DNA from: Phoronis australis
Taxonomy: Eukaryota > Animalia > Phoronida
Direction of reading: 5' to 3'
Assembly: GCA_002633005.1 (NCBI GenBank)
Contig: NMRA01000339.1
Span: 4,010-68,009 of the forward strand
DNA: 64,000 bases
The first letter of the stretch is position 1; the number at the start of each line of letters is the position of its first letter. The position numbers and the translations under genes were made by a program. The notes beneath the pieces were generated by a model. The model saw only the letters and a program-made list of their open reading frames with translations. It did no database searches and had not been told where the DNA came from. Below, piece by piece: positions 36,004 to 62,403 of this stretch.

Positions 36004-36412
36004 TCGTTCGTTAGGCTTCTGTTTGGTCCTCCGGGTGTAGGATATTTTTGCCAGTTCTTTTTCTCAGCCCTAAAAAACATTGTAAGCACATCTTTTTTAG
36101 ATGTGGTGCAAAATCAGGATGGTCTGTAAGACACATCTGCACTCCACCAAGATTTCATTTCACTTGTGGAATTTCGTGGCAGCAAACGCAAGTGTCAGTC
36201 GTTGGGTCGGATCACTGACACCATGACAACTCATTCAAATGGTTTTTGGGACTATTCATATGTTCCGTTGTCTGTGCACGTTCACGGAGCCTCTCTATTA
36301 TTTCTTGATCAGTGTATTGCAGTTCGAACTGATAGCCTGTGAAACCTAACAATCGACCAGTGAAGTCTTCGTCGGATGAGCACTCGTCTAAGTCAGGATG
36401 GCAAGTAGCCAC
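36004..36412 (-). pseudogene. KolX / P2X7 ballast-domain-like Cys-rich ORF remnant with in-frame stops
   Basis: GYQFE...SWCQ*SDPTTDTCVCCHEI...K*...MCLTDHPDFAPHLKKDVL; the WCxC..CxCC.E..CxTxHxxF..L...VL pattern is typical of this family; ends at a gtcagt donor. Confidence 0.7.
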
Positions 36413-37025
36413 ATTGATGTTTATATTGTTTCAAAATGAATTATTCTCACCCTAACTACCGCTATGCTTATATAAAACTGAAACAAAGTCTGTCTCAATA
36501 GATCCAATTTGAAATGACTTGGAGTGTTCGTGAGTGCAAATGTTTTGAGAAGCCAGCAATGAATAATCACTGCGTTACCGGCTTTAGATGCAATAAACCG
36601 GCTAATTGACTGGGCAACGAGGCCGAGTGAGCGCATGATAATTCAGTGTTTGCTGTTAGAAAGCTGTTGTGAAACAATAACTCCATTTTATATCCTATTG
36701 TCAGATGTTAGGGTAATCTTTATTTAGATATTCATATACATTATTCAAATCAATGTGACTGTACAACTTTTGCCCTGACGGAGGGAAGGGTAACCTGACT
36801 TTGCGGTCTGGCTCCGAAGAGCTAGTAAGTAGATTTACAGTTGTACATACATTTTCTTTAACTCACAAGTATAGTCTTTTCATGATTGGAAGTTTAGTTT
36901 CCAACTTTGGCGGGTGTATGTTCGTGATGTCTTCAGTCCGGCCGTGATGGGCGTGATCGGGTTCCGAGCCACTGGCTGGGATAACAAGCGTTTTACATGT
37001 TTGGAACTGAAAAAATCGCGAGTCT

Positions 37026-38578
37026 AACAAGAGCAACGCGCAGCCTTGAGATGCACCCACGAGTGCATCACAAATGGTGTGCTTTTTAGGGTTATTTATT
37101 TGTATCGCAAAAATGGTCACTAGATGGCGCAAAAACGTGCAATCCATCCAAAAACAAGAACATGCCATATTCCACAAAAATTTATCAAGGAACTTCAGAG
37201 AAACAATGGAAAACAGAGAAAAATGAAATTGCCCCTTGTGGGCACAGCGTCCGTTGGATCCACCTGAAAGTCTTTGTTATCTTCATATATTAACACACTT
37301 ACTAAACTTAATAAAGATCCTCTACATAGTGGGTTTAAGAGATACAGCTATGGACGCAAAACAAAACTACCACTAAGAGGCGCCTCAGTAGTCAGCAGCC
37401 ATCAACAAACGTCCTCTTCACACTGAAAACACATATGCAAATTTTCAAAACCATCCCTAGAATGATTTGGTTGCTAGAGGGGTGGACGCCAAAAACAAGA
37501 TTTGAAAACAGCAAAAATTGCCACTAGATGGCGCAAAATACTCGATTCCATCCAAAGACAGGAGGATATCATCATTTGACCAATACATGCCTATATCCAA
37601 AATTTTATGAAAATCTCTTGAAGACCTTCGCAGATACAGAAGTAAACATAAAAAACTAAAATTGCCAATAGGGGGCACACCAGTAGTCAGATCCGTCCGA
37701 AAGATATCGTCGTTTGTTGTCAACATCATATAAATACGTCTTGCCAATAAGTAAAGATCCTGCAAACGGTTTAGGAGATACGGCCATGAGCGCAAAATAA
37801 CAAAACTGCCAAATAGGAGACCCCACAGTAGTCGAAGTCATCGGAAAATCATCGTCAGCCGTCCACTTCACAGTAGAAACATACATGTCAATTTTCAAAA
37901 TTATCCTGAAAGTGGTTTGGGTGATAGATAGACGAGTGTACGCCAAAAAGCAGATTCAAAAACAGCAAAAATGGCCACTAGGTAGCGCAAACTATCCGAA
38001 AGTCATCGTCCTCCATTATCAACATCACACAAATAAATGTACTAAATTTAGTAAAGATCCTGCACATGGTTTAGGAGATACAGCCATAAGTGCAAAAAAA
38101 CAAAACTGCCACTAGGAGGTGCCACATTAATCAAACTCGTCGGAAAATCATCGTCAAGCGTCCACTTCATAGTAAACATACATGCCAATTTTCACAATCA
38201 TCCTTTGAGTGGTTTGGTTGATAGCGAGGTGACGCAAAAACAGACTCGAAAACAGTAAAAATGGCCACTAGGTGGTGCAAACTATGTAGAATTCTTCCGA
38301 AAATGTAAGGATAGCGTCACCTGACTAATAGGGGCCTATATATCAAATTTTATGAAAATCCGTTGAGGACTTTTGATGGTACAGAGGTAAAAAACTAAAT
38401 TGCCACTAGAGGGCACACCAGTAGTTGGATCCGTCCAAAAGTTAGCTCATACCGTCCCACCTACGGAAGGATCACGAGCTAAATTTCATGAACATACATC
38501 AAGGCATTTTGGAAATAGAGCAACGGTTGCCGGACGGCATAATGCGTCCACATATATAAATATTTGGCACATAATAAA
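37026..38578 (-). mobile_element. HINE-like element copy 3, complete, nested in the Kolobok element
   Basis: aacaagagcaacgcgcagccttgagatgcacccac head; cggacggcataatgcgtccacatatataaatatttggcacat tail; ~10 internal units; close to copy 1. Confidence 0.75.
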
Positions 38579-39439
38579 ATTACAACATGCAGCTATGTTC
38601 TCCTGTCTGTATCTCACGGACGAATAGATTTGAATTGATCACCAAACAGACTCCAAACTCCCGCGACCGACCTTGCGGTAAATTGGCCTACCGAACTTTG
38701 CAGGCTACGGTACGTTCAAATACCTAAAAATCCGTAACAGCGAAATAAAATACCATGTTTGTGTAATAACTCTATGTATTTGTAAGGGTTTTACATTGAA
38801 TTTTGATGATTTATTGGTGTAAAACCATGAATTCAAGCGATAAACTGACACCAGTAAGCGTGTTGTGAACTGCTGAACAGACTGCATTCAAACCTCCGAT
38901 GTCATTGGTTAATTTCAACACCTCCGTCTGCTGTCAGTTGTCAGGTAAAAGAGCTGTACTTGCTGTTAATGAGAGGAACTACTCGATCTAAATTGATACA
39001 AAATAGGTTGTTCTTTGAGTGGCATTCTTCTTTAACCACCCTACTCCTTTCAAAACCCAGGGGAAACATTGAGTGGTTAATAGTCTAATAGTCGGAGAGT
39101 TACTCCCATAAAATAACAGGCATTATTCAGTGGGAGAAAATGGTTCTCTAATATTACTTGTAATCTGAAAACCACCAATCAGATTACCAAATGGTGAATT
39201 CGGACATCCAGATCTAGTAATGGCACATAACAGAACTTCTAACATCTAAGTGGGTTCACATGCACCTTTAATCAGCCCTTGACGATATACTATAGACATA
39301 GTATAGTTGAGGATAGCCTTGGTACAAAGCTGTATACTAAATATACAGCTTTGCGCCTATGAGGGTAAAAAATGACCACATAAAATCTGACACAAAATTA
39401 GGGTTACTAAAAACTACACCCTTCCTCGAGTACACTAAA

Positions 39440-39900
39440 TCATTTACCGATTTTGGAAAAATTGGTGTAGTACCGTTATTCTGCAGCTAAAATTGTGGAG
39501 CGATTTTATGCGTCAGTTTTCGGTACCATGAAATATTGCGTCACCTATTGGCCAGTTATTTTCGCCGATTCTTCAATCAACTGTTGTTCTTTCACGAGGT
39601 TGCGTACACATCATGGAAAATTATCGGAACTGGTTCCACTTCATTGTAAGTTTTTAGAATTTTGATACCAGCAAACCGAATTTTAGAAGAAATTTTGCTG
39701 CTGCCAAGCTCATCATCTCCCAATTAAGAGAATATGTCGCAAAAATTTAAGGAAATGGCGCGTGCGCGCGTCACGAGCATACTGTTTTCGAAATGACGAT
39801 ATAACTTTTTTTTGTTAGAAAAAGCGAAGTATTACGCAAGAAAATTACATCGATTAGATTGTTTTTTCACTTAAACGACTGTAACAGGCAAGGTGAGTGT
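39440..39900. promoter_or_regulatory. Candidate CpG-rich, possibly bidirectional promoter upstream of ACSL
   Basis: Local CpG enrichment; ATTGG (CCAAT on minus) near 39547; TGCGTCA twice; NRF1-like GCGCGTGCGCGC near 39758; outward-facing donors (minus TCG|gtaaat at 39448, plus AAG|gtgagt at 39892). Confidence 0.4.
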
Positions 39901-40884
39901 CGGTTGACTCCCAGATTTTATATGCACCCCGTCCGGTCTTTAGCTTTACATGTTGATACAAGTTTTACGGCGAGGTAACGAGCAGAACTACCCTGGATGT
40001 GTGCAATTTCGTGGTCTATGGAAAATTATCGCACAGCAAGCTGTATTTTGACAATAGTCTTCATACGGCTAGCTGGCTGGCTAAGTCGAGGGCTGATTAA
40101 AGCAATAACTTATGAATAAGCCTGTGTGGGTGGCTCATTGTTGACAAGGCATTTCAGCACTATAATTTGAGCAACCTTTTTTCCAGCAGCAGAATTTTTG
40201 GTTTTCTTGCACGACAAACAGTTTAATATAAAGCCGGTGTCTAGCCCTGAATGAATCGATGATTGAATGGTGTCTTTAACCAACGCAACCGGCTTCGTCT
40301 TCCATTTGCTACTTTCTGTCTGATTTTAGTGTTGTGAATCTGCTTAGAATTTGTGCTTTTTCGTCCCTTTCACAAAAACAGATAACACTTAATACTTACT
40401 ATTGTTGTTTCGGCACTGAGTGGTGAAGTCTCCACTAAATTTTAGCACATTTTGTGCAGGTAATATCTTTGAAAAACTCAAAAAACACGTCACTTCTTTT
40501 TCACCTTGATACCGACAGCTTTACAGGTGGCGCTTTGTCTGATAATTACAACAGCGTCATCTAGTAGCGATTCGATAAATCACTGTTGAACCTTGGTCGC
40601 CGACCCGTCAAGCCGCCGGCTGACAACGTAAAGCTCATAAAGACGACATGACAAATTTTCATGTGTTTTTGCATATCCATCTTATTTGAAAATACCATTG
40701 AGCTTCACATTGGGAGCATCTTTTAACCTCCTTTTATTGATAGGACTAACATCACATGCGCGCACCGTCCAACCTAAAACATGCCGGTGGTGGCGAATTT
40801 TTGAGAATGTGGATCTTTTACTATATTTAAAAAACTACTTACATGTAGCTTCACTATATGCGAATAGTGACAGGATTACTTGGA

Positions 40885-41575
40885 TACAATGAATATACAT
40901 AACCCAGAAAGCGCCAAGAGGCATTATATCTGGGTTAAAAAAGTACAAAGAAATCTATATACAATTATTTTACACAAATACATAAAAACAAGAAATCTGT
41001 ATACAATTATTTTACACAAATACATAAATTATAAAAAAGCTGTTGTTAAGATTGCAATGACATATGATTACGAAATAAATCATTTTCATACACATTCTAT
41101 CCACTCACACAAAGAGATTTAATATTATAAAGAAATTTTGATAAAACCTTATTTTCATTTGAGTTGAGTTCTTGACTTCCATTTAGAAAAAAAAATAATT
41201 TTGGTGTACACTTGCGGAATTTCATAATATGTTTTATAAATATTGGGGTATTGTTCGAGTGTCTGGAAAAGCTGTACCCTCTGCTCCTTGCATGCCACAC
41301 AAGCAAAGAAAACATGAGCATTTGTCCACAGCAACACAGAGGCGAAATATTATTGGAATTATGTCTAAATTTCTCGTTGTTTAGGAATAGACCGCATCTT
41401 GATCTGTAAAGGATTATTTCGTGGTTGCGAGGAAGTTGGAACGATGTCCATGGGACTGACAACTCTTGAGTGGTAGCATGCATTTTAAAGTTATTTTTTA
41501 GAGTGACGATTGAAGTGCTTTCTTTTATTTTGGATGGTAAGGAATTCCAGTTGTCAATACAATTAGGTAATATGG
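40885..41575 (-). mobile_element. 3' fragment of a CR1-group LINE, frameshifted
   Basis: Minus-strand pieces LPNCIDNWNSLPSKIK, RSRCGLFLN..FRHN...SPLCCCG, HVFFAC...R..LF and LNGSQELNSNENKVL resemble the C-terminus of CR1/L2-group ORF2. Confidence 0.65.
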
Positions 41576-42669
41576 TAGTACTCTTTCAGTTGCAAGATTC
41601 GTGTACAATAACACCGTCTTGATGAATAGGCCTAGACCTAATGTTTTCCACTGTATGCGACTTCAGTGCACGAAGTTCATATGGAGAATTTCTCGCTTAC
41701 ACTGATGACCGGATTCCCTAAGCCCAAGAAAACTTTTACGATGCCTATTCAGCGCGCCCTTTCTGTCTTTGTATTGGAGTATGTCTGAGCTAATGGAGTG
41801 GAAACTGAGGTAATAGCTAGCATTACTGTCTCAACAATGGTTATTGTTAGTACCCCCAATTTGGTTTTCTCTGACATTTGCAGAGTTAAATAGCCCGCAA
41901 CTCTGGAGAGTAGTTTTAACTTGGTACATTATAAATATTACAAAATGACTAAAAAGGTTAACTTGTGTTTATCTTCATAAAGGACCACTTCCCAAAGGTA
42001 CGATATGTTTCATAATGATTTTCTTTATTTAATTTTTAATGCTTCTGCCCACTTTTTTTTTCTTATCGGGTTTGATAACTTTTTATCTAAGTTTTGAACT
42101 TGAAGTACCAAAACAGTGGTATACCTAGATTTTGATCGCGGTTTAACTTAATTAGTTAAGTTCATTGTGAGCCCATCCCTAAACTTACCACATTACAGGT
42201 ACACTAAACATTTCACGTGTCATTGAAGTTTAATCTTTTCTAGAACTCAAATCATAAAGTATATACAAATGTTCAAATATGGTGATAACCAAATTGTAGA
42301 TTTGGAATCTCTGGACAATTTTGGTGGCAATAACTATATAACTATTCTCGCTCTTTGTCAGTAATAAAAATGAAAAGTGGGCACAACTACTGTTTCTTGG
42401 TCAAAAATCTGATTAAACGAGACTGAAAGAATATTAAAAAATGAATCCATGTGATATTGTTAACTCTGATCAGCGTTTGTATAACCACCGAGTATATCAA
42501 TACGCGCGGTAGTTTACCTTCAATCGTACCCAATGGTTGCAGTTTTTAGATTATTAGTTCATTGATTAAAAAAAGAAAAAAAACGTACTTGGTTGTTTTT
42601 TCAGCTGAATACCGCCGTGGTGTTCGTTTATAACGAAAATTAAGGATTAATACATTTTGAAAATTCGCC

Positions 42670-44985
42670 ATGGACACCATTTTCAAGAGTGAACCAACCA
42701 CTATACAGAGTGCCATTTAATCGTATACAGTGTACAGTTCAACGAACTTCTGTAAATCATACGAATATTGTATCATTATACGATTAAATGGCACTCTTTA
42801 TAGTGGTTGGTTCACTCTTGAAAATGGTGTCCGTCAGGGGGACGTTTTATCACCGACACTCTTTGTTTTATATATAAATGACTTAGCTCTGGACATTAAA
42901 AAACTGGGTAAAGGTGTCAAATGTGGCCCGAACAATGAATATTTCAGTGCTTCTTTATACCGACGATATTGCACTTTTGTCTGAGAATGAGAATGACGTG
43001 CAAGATATGTTGAAGGTTTTAAACAACTGTGTAAAAAGTTGAGAATGGTTTTAAATTGGAAAATCTAATGTTGTCCATTTCCGAGCTAAGACTATGCCTA
43101 GAAGCAATTTTGAATTTGTTAGGAACAGTGTCATCAGTTATAAATCCTCATACAAATATTTAGGCTGTATTCTGGATCAACACCTTGACTTCAAAGAAAA
43201 TGTCTCGTTATGTGAAGCTTTTGGGAGAGCGTTAGGAAAAATATGCTCAACATTCCGTGATAACAAGAATCTAGGATTCGAAACGTATTTAAAAAACATT
43301 ATTTAATTCGTGTGTGACACCAATTTTGGATTACGGGTCTTCTGTTTGGGGTTACAAAAATTTTGGTAATGATGAAAATATTCAAAACAGAACTGTGCGT
43401 TTTTATTTAGGGGTCAACCGATTTACAGACCCTCATGCTCTTAGAGTCGATATGGGGTGGGACTCCACCGGAAGTAGATTCAAATAGGCCTTTTGCGAGT
43501 TTATAACAATAACGCGAGATTATGTGAGACTTAACTGTGACGTCACGGGAAGTGGGGCAAAAGCTTGTCGTTTGGTCATTTGCCCAATACGGTAGCAGAG
43601 TGTATTCTGTTATTGTCTTCGAGTTTTTAGCCGTTTAGTTCGAAAAATGTCCAAAAGCATTGCTGTTATGGCAAATGAACTTCAGATTCGCACTACAATA
43701 CGTTCTATCGCGTTCTGTACTAATTTCGTCCCGTGNACACTCTTTGTTTTATATATAAATGACTTAGCTCTGGACATTAAAAACTGGGTAAAGGTGTCAA
43801 ATGTGGCCCGAACAATGAATATTTCAGTGCTTCTTTATGCCGACGATATTGCACTTTTGTCTGAGAATGAGAATGACGTGCTAGATATGTTGAAGGTTTT
43901 AAACAACTGTGTAAAAAGTTGAGAATGGTTTTAAATTGGAAGATCTAATGTTGTCCATTTCCGAGCTAAGACTATGCCTAGAAGCAATTTTGAATTTGTT
44001 TTGAACAGTTTCATCAGTTATAAATCCTCACACAAATATTTAGGCTGTATTCTGGATCAACACCTTGACTTCAAAGAAAATTTCTCGTTATGTGAAGCTT
44101 TTGGGAGAGCGTTACGAAAAATATGCTCAACATTCCGTGATAACAAGAATCTAGGATTCGAAACGTTTTTAAAAAACATTATTTAATTCGTGTGTGACAC
44201 CAATTTTGGATTACGGGTCATCTGTTTGGGGTTACAAAAATTTTGGTAATGATGAAAATATTCAAAACAGAACTATGCGTTTTTATTTAGGGGTCAACCG
44301 ATTTACAGCCACTCATGCTCTATAGTGTCGATATGGGGTGGGACTCCACCGGAAGTAGATTCAAATTGAATATGTTGGGTCTTTGGAACTAGTGACCACA
44401 GGTGGTGATAGGTTACTGAAGAAGGTATTTTTGTGGGACTACTCTGTTGGTAGAAATGGTTGGATAGACGGAATGAAAAATTTGTTTACCATAACTATGC
44501 AATCCTGTTTTCAAAATTTGAGTACTTGTAACATAGTAGAGGCTAAAAACAAACTATTTGAATATTCGAAACATGTTTGGGGTGAGTCCGTTATAACAAA
44601 ACCCAAGTTAAGAACCTACATTTTATTTAAGCACGAGTTTTTAACTGAACCGTATGTAAAGCTTAATTTATCTCTTTCCGAGCGATCTCTTTTGGCTCAG
44701 CTTAGAGCAGGAAATTCCCATTGCACTTGGAAACTGGTCGTTATGTAAACACTCCTGTAAGTGAAAGGCTTTGCTTGTGTTGTGATTCCGGTTCTGTGTG
44801 TTCCCTAGGTAATTTGCCAAATATATCAAGTCTGCTTGACGCATATAGTAGGCCTACATCTGAGTTGTGTAATTAAAGTGACTAATAAGCCCAACTTGGC
44901 TGGGTACTTATCTTTCTTAAAAATGTTATACCTATAACTGTTTGAATTAATTGTACTTGTCACTATAAATACAATACAATACAAT
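42670..44985 (+). mobile_element. 5'-truncated non-LTR retrotransposon (RTE-X/L2-like RT and C-terminus), decayed and partly duplicated across the N gap
   Basis: GVRQGDVLSPTLFVLYINDL, LLYADDIALL, YKYLG, KPKLRTY, LAQLRAG, ERLCLCC; ends in a (TACAA)n tail; frameshifts and stops; 42857-43485 is repeated at 43737-44366. Confidence 0.9.
43486..43735 (+). mobile_element. 5' end of a THAP-encoding DNA transposon (ISL2EU/Harbinger-like) inserted in the LINE, cut by the N gap
   Basis: Begins AT|AGGCC at a site that is empty in the second LINE copy; one frame reads KHCCYGK*TSDSHY...FRP, resembling a THAP N-terminus. Confidence 0.5.
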
Positions 44986-46151
44986 AGTCAGAGATGTCTA
45001 ATACAGTTTATGGTCGGAAAATTACCTTTAATTGGGTTTTAAGTTGCTCGCATCGGGCAATGCGGTCATCACAATTGTACCTGATTCTGGCGCCGCGCTC
45101 CCTTTGATCCTGGTACAAGGCCGCTCAGAAGAACGAGCGGTGAAAATTCCCGAATTCGTCATATGCCTTTAGAAATGTGCGACTTCCTTGTAAGCGTATT
45201 ATTCACGGTATGTTGGTCATTCCCGGCCCATATTAGCTCGTGTTTGCGCCACAATTTTTGGCAAACGCAGATAGGCCTACTTAATTGTTTTTTCAGTTTT
45301 TCGACAATATTAAATAGTTCCTCTGTTGGTTTCTTCAGTAAAGTTTGTAAATCCATCGCTTATGTGTTATGTCTGACTTTAAGCACCTTACCACTGACAC
45401 TGAGTGAAAATAAGTTCCGTTATTACAAATGTTACTGGATTTGGTCGATTTGTTAAAGAGTTTTGTACATTAGATTTGTGGTGTTGCAGAATTGTTACCA
45501 TATGATATAAAGTTTATAAATTATTTTTGTTAAAGGTTATGTTAGTCTTGTTACGTCACTTCATGTTACCTGTTACTCAGGTAGCTCAATGTTTCTTGGT
45601 CTTGCTTGTTATTGAAGTTATTACTGTGTCATTGTCCTCAACGGACACAATATGATTTTTTTCATGGCCTAGCGCGCACAGTACAATTTGATATTAGTGA
45701 TTTTCAGGTATATAGATATGAACAGTGCTCCGGCAGTGGCGCTGCGCACTACGACTCCGTTTCCGTAGTCTGCTTCACTGTGCAATGAAGAAAATTAATT
45801 CATTTTTTAAAGAAAATGGAATCTGAGTGACGATGAAAAAAGAGAAGCTGCTGGTGAGATGTGAATTTTAATCAAAGCCTTAGTGAATCACTCAGAAACT
45901 AATAATTCTCTCGTTGTCAAACCTTAACTTAAGACGATTTCCAAAGCAATCGCGTCATTAATGCCAACACAAAAAACGGATTTGGTCTTTTGGGCAATTG
46001 AAGACTATTTCAAATACAACAAATTTGTTACGAACTGATTGCACAAAATATAAAAAATGTAATAAGCATTACAAAAAGAAGTGGGTTTGGCGCGCAAACG
46101 CTGTGGACCATAAACAAGTAGGTCTCTTATTATCACATTATGAGTGAAGTT

Positions 46152-46215
46152 GTGGTGGTGCAGCTGAAAAGCACGCGCCTTCAATCTGCCAGGTCGCGAG
46201 TTCGAATCTGTGAGA
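46152..46215 (+). repeat. tRNA-derived SINE-like head (not a functional tRNA)
   Basis: A-box-like TGGTGCAGCTG and B-box-like AGTTCGAATC at tRNA spacing; no intact acceptor stem. Confidence 0.45.
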
Positions 46216-46560
46216 TGAGCAGTTTTTCATGTTTGACAGTACGTTCTCCGCGTTTTTTTTTTCTTTCCGTTTGCCTTTTTTTCTTGGATAATACTTCAGG
46301 AATCAAGGAAAATGTTTGATTTTTAGAGGAAAAAACAGAAAAATTTTCCTGGGTGGGGGGGGAGGGTTTGCCCCCCTCCCGTCCTTGAGAATGGCCGATA
46401 GAATGGTGCTTTTCTCGGGACCTGAAATTTTCAAAGATCTCGAGAAAAGCACCATTTATCGGCCAGTGCATTGTTACCGGTACCAAACGGACGTCTTGTT
46501 TAGTGTCTGGTATGGGTAAGATTAACAAGCCCTAGTGTTGGCTTACCTCAATTCTCCACA

Positions 46561-47363
46561 TTTCAAAAAATAACTGCCAAAACTGTCACTCTTCTATTTT
46601 TGTACCTAACCGCAAAAAATCAAAATTTTGTCAAAAGCTTTTATTACATTTACACAGTACAAACTTTGCTAGAAATTGACTAAACATTTCTAAATCTTTA
46701 TTTTTTGTGAGAGCATAGAATTTCAAATGTTGAACATGTTGCATGCAAAAGTAAAGATGTATTTGCATGCTCCAAACTATGCAAGAGCTTAACGACAATA
46801 ATTTTAAACATAATCTATGCGAAACAAAGTGCAGTTTTATTCATTGACAACTTGTAAACGTGAAAACAAAAAAATCTGCAAACAGGTGACCTTTTCACTA
46901 TTGACATACCTTTGGCGGAGGCTCACAATAACCCGCATCATGCAGTGTTATTCCCCAGCACNTTTCAAGAAATAACTGCCAAAACTGCCACTCTTCTATT
47001 TTTCTACCTAACCGCAAAAAATCAAAATTTTGTCAAAAGCTTTTATTACATTTACACAGTACAAACTTTGCTAGAAATTGACTAAACATTTCTAAATCTT
47101 TATTTTTTTGTGAGAGCATAGAATTTCAAATGTTGAACATGTTGCATGCAAAAGTAAAGATGTATTTGCATGCTCCAAACTATGCAAGAGCTTAACGACA
47201 ATAATTTTAAACATAATCTATGCGAAACAAAGTGCAGTTTTATTCATTGACAACTTGTAAACATGAAAACAAAAAAATCTGCAAACAGGTGACCTTTTCA
47301 CTATTGACATACCTTTGGCGGAGGCTCACAATAACCCGCATCATGCAGTGTTATTCCCCAGCA
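46561..47363. repeat. ~400-bp direct duplication across the N at 46962 (probable contig-overlap artefact) in the JAK 3' region
   Basis: 46561-46961 is nearly identical to 46963-47363. Confidence 0.9.
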
Positions 47364-47839
47364 CTCACGATACTTACTGCAAACATTGAGTGATTTACGT
47401 TTCATTTTGGACACAGAACTTGTTCTTAAATTAATTTGGCAATTTTCAACGTACTTCTCAATCACATCATCACTGTATGATGTGTTTCTAATTAATTTGG
47501 CCAAACACTTACACAGAATAAGTATACAAATTTCACTTTAAGTGAAGAATTACCATGATAGTAGTAAATGCCCATAAATTCACTCAGGAACCGGAGACTC
47601 CTTAAAAAGAACACGCCATGACATATCTATTGCACAATTTTAAGTTATGAGTGGCTGTGTTTGTAGAAAATACATGTCTACAACACAACTATGAATAAAT
47701 CTTAAACAAATTCAATGATGTTGGAGTTTTAAGTCTATTAAGACTGTACAATGTCTTATAAATTACATCACGACCACCCAAGCTCTATGCAAGAGCTCAC
47801 ATGCCGATAGTACATGTATGCTCAGAGATGCTAGACGTT

Positions 47840-62237
<14,398 letters not shown>

Positions 62238-62273
62238 CTACAAGTAAACAAAGGCAAGACTAGAAGGCTTGCA

Positions 62274-62346
62274 GGAGACAGTGTGGCTCAATGGATTGAG
62301 CTCCAGACTCCCACTTGGGAGACCATGGTTTGAATCCTGACCTTGC
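62274..62346 (+). repeat. tRNA-derived SINE head
   Basis: A box TGGCTCAATGG and B box GGTTTGAATCC at tRNA spacing; degenerate stems. Confidence 0.55.
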
Positions 62347-62403
62347 TGGCAGACAATTGAGCATTGACAAAGGAATCTCCTACTCTTCTGAGCTCCGTCT
62401 TAC

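Larger units (their letters stand above)
35530..39031 (+). mobile_element. Kolobok-superfamily DNA transposon, internally deleted, with nested HINE
   Basis: TTAA|AGGAGAATGCCAC...GTGGCATTCTTCT|TTAA (12/13 TIR match, TTAA TSD); contains a THAP remnant and a convergent KolX-like remnant. Confidence 0.85.
41809..45205 (+). mobile_element. Diverged copy of repeat family A, interrupted at 42669/44985 by a LINE
   Basis: 41809-42669 aligns by eye to 3903-4808, and 44986-45205 to ~4820-5005. Confidence 0.75.

Noticed and set aside
46152-46215. Possible tRNA gene (also 62274-62346)
   Set aside because: A/B boxes are present but the acceptor and anticodon stems do not pair properly; treated as SINE-derived.
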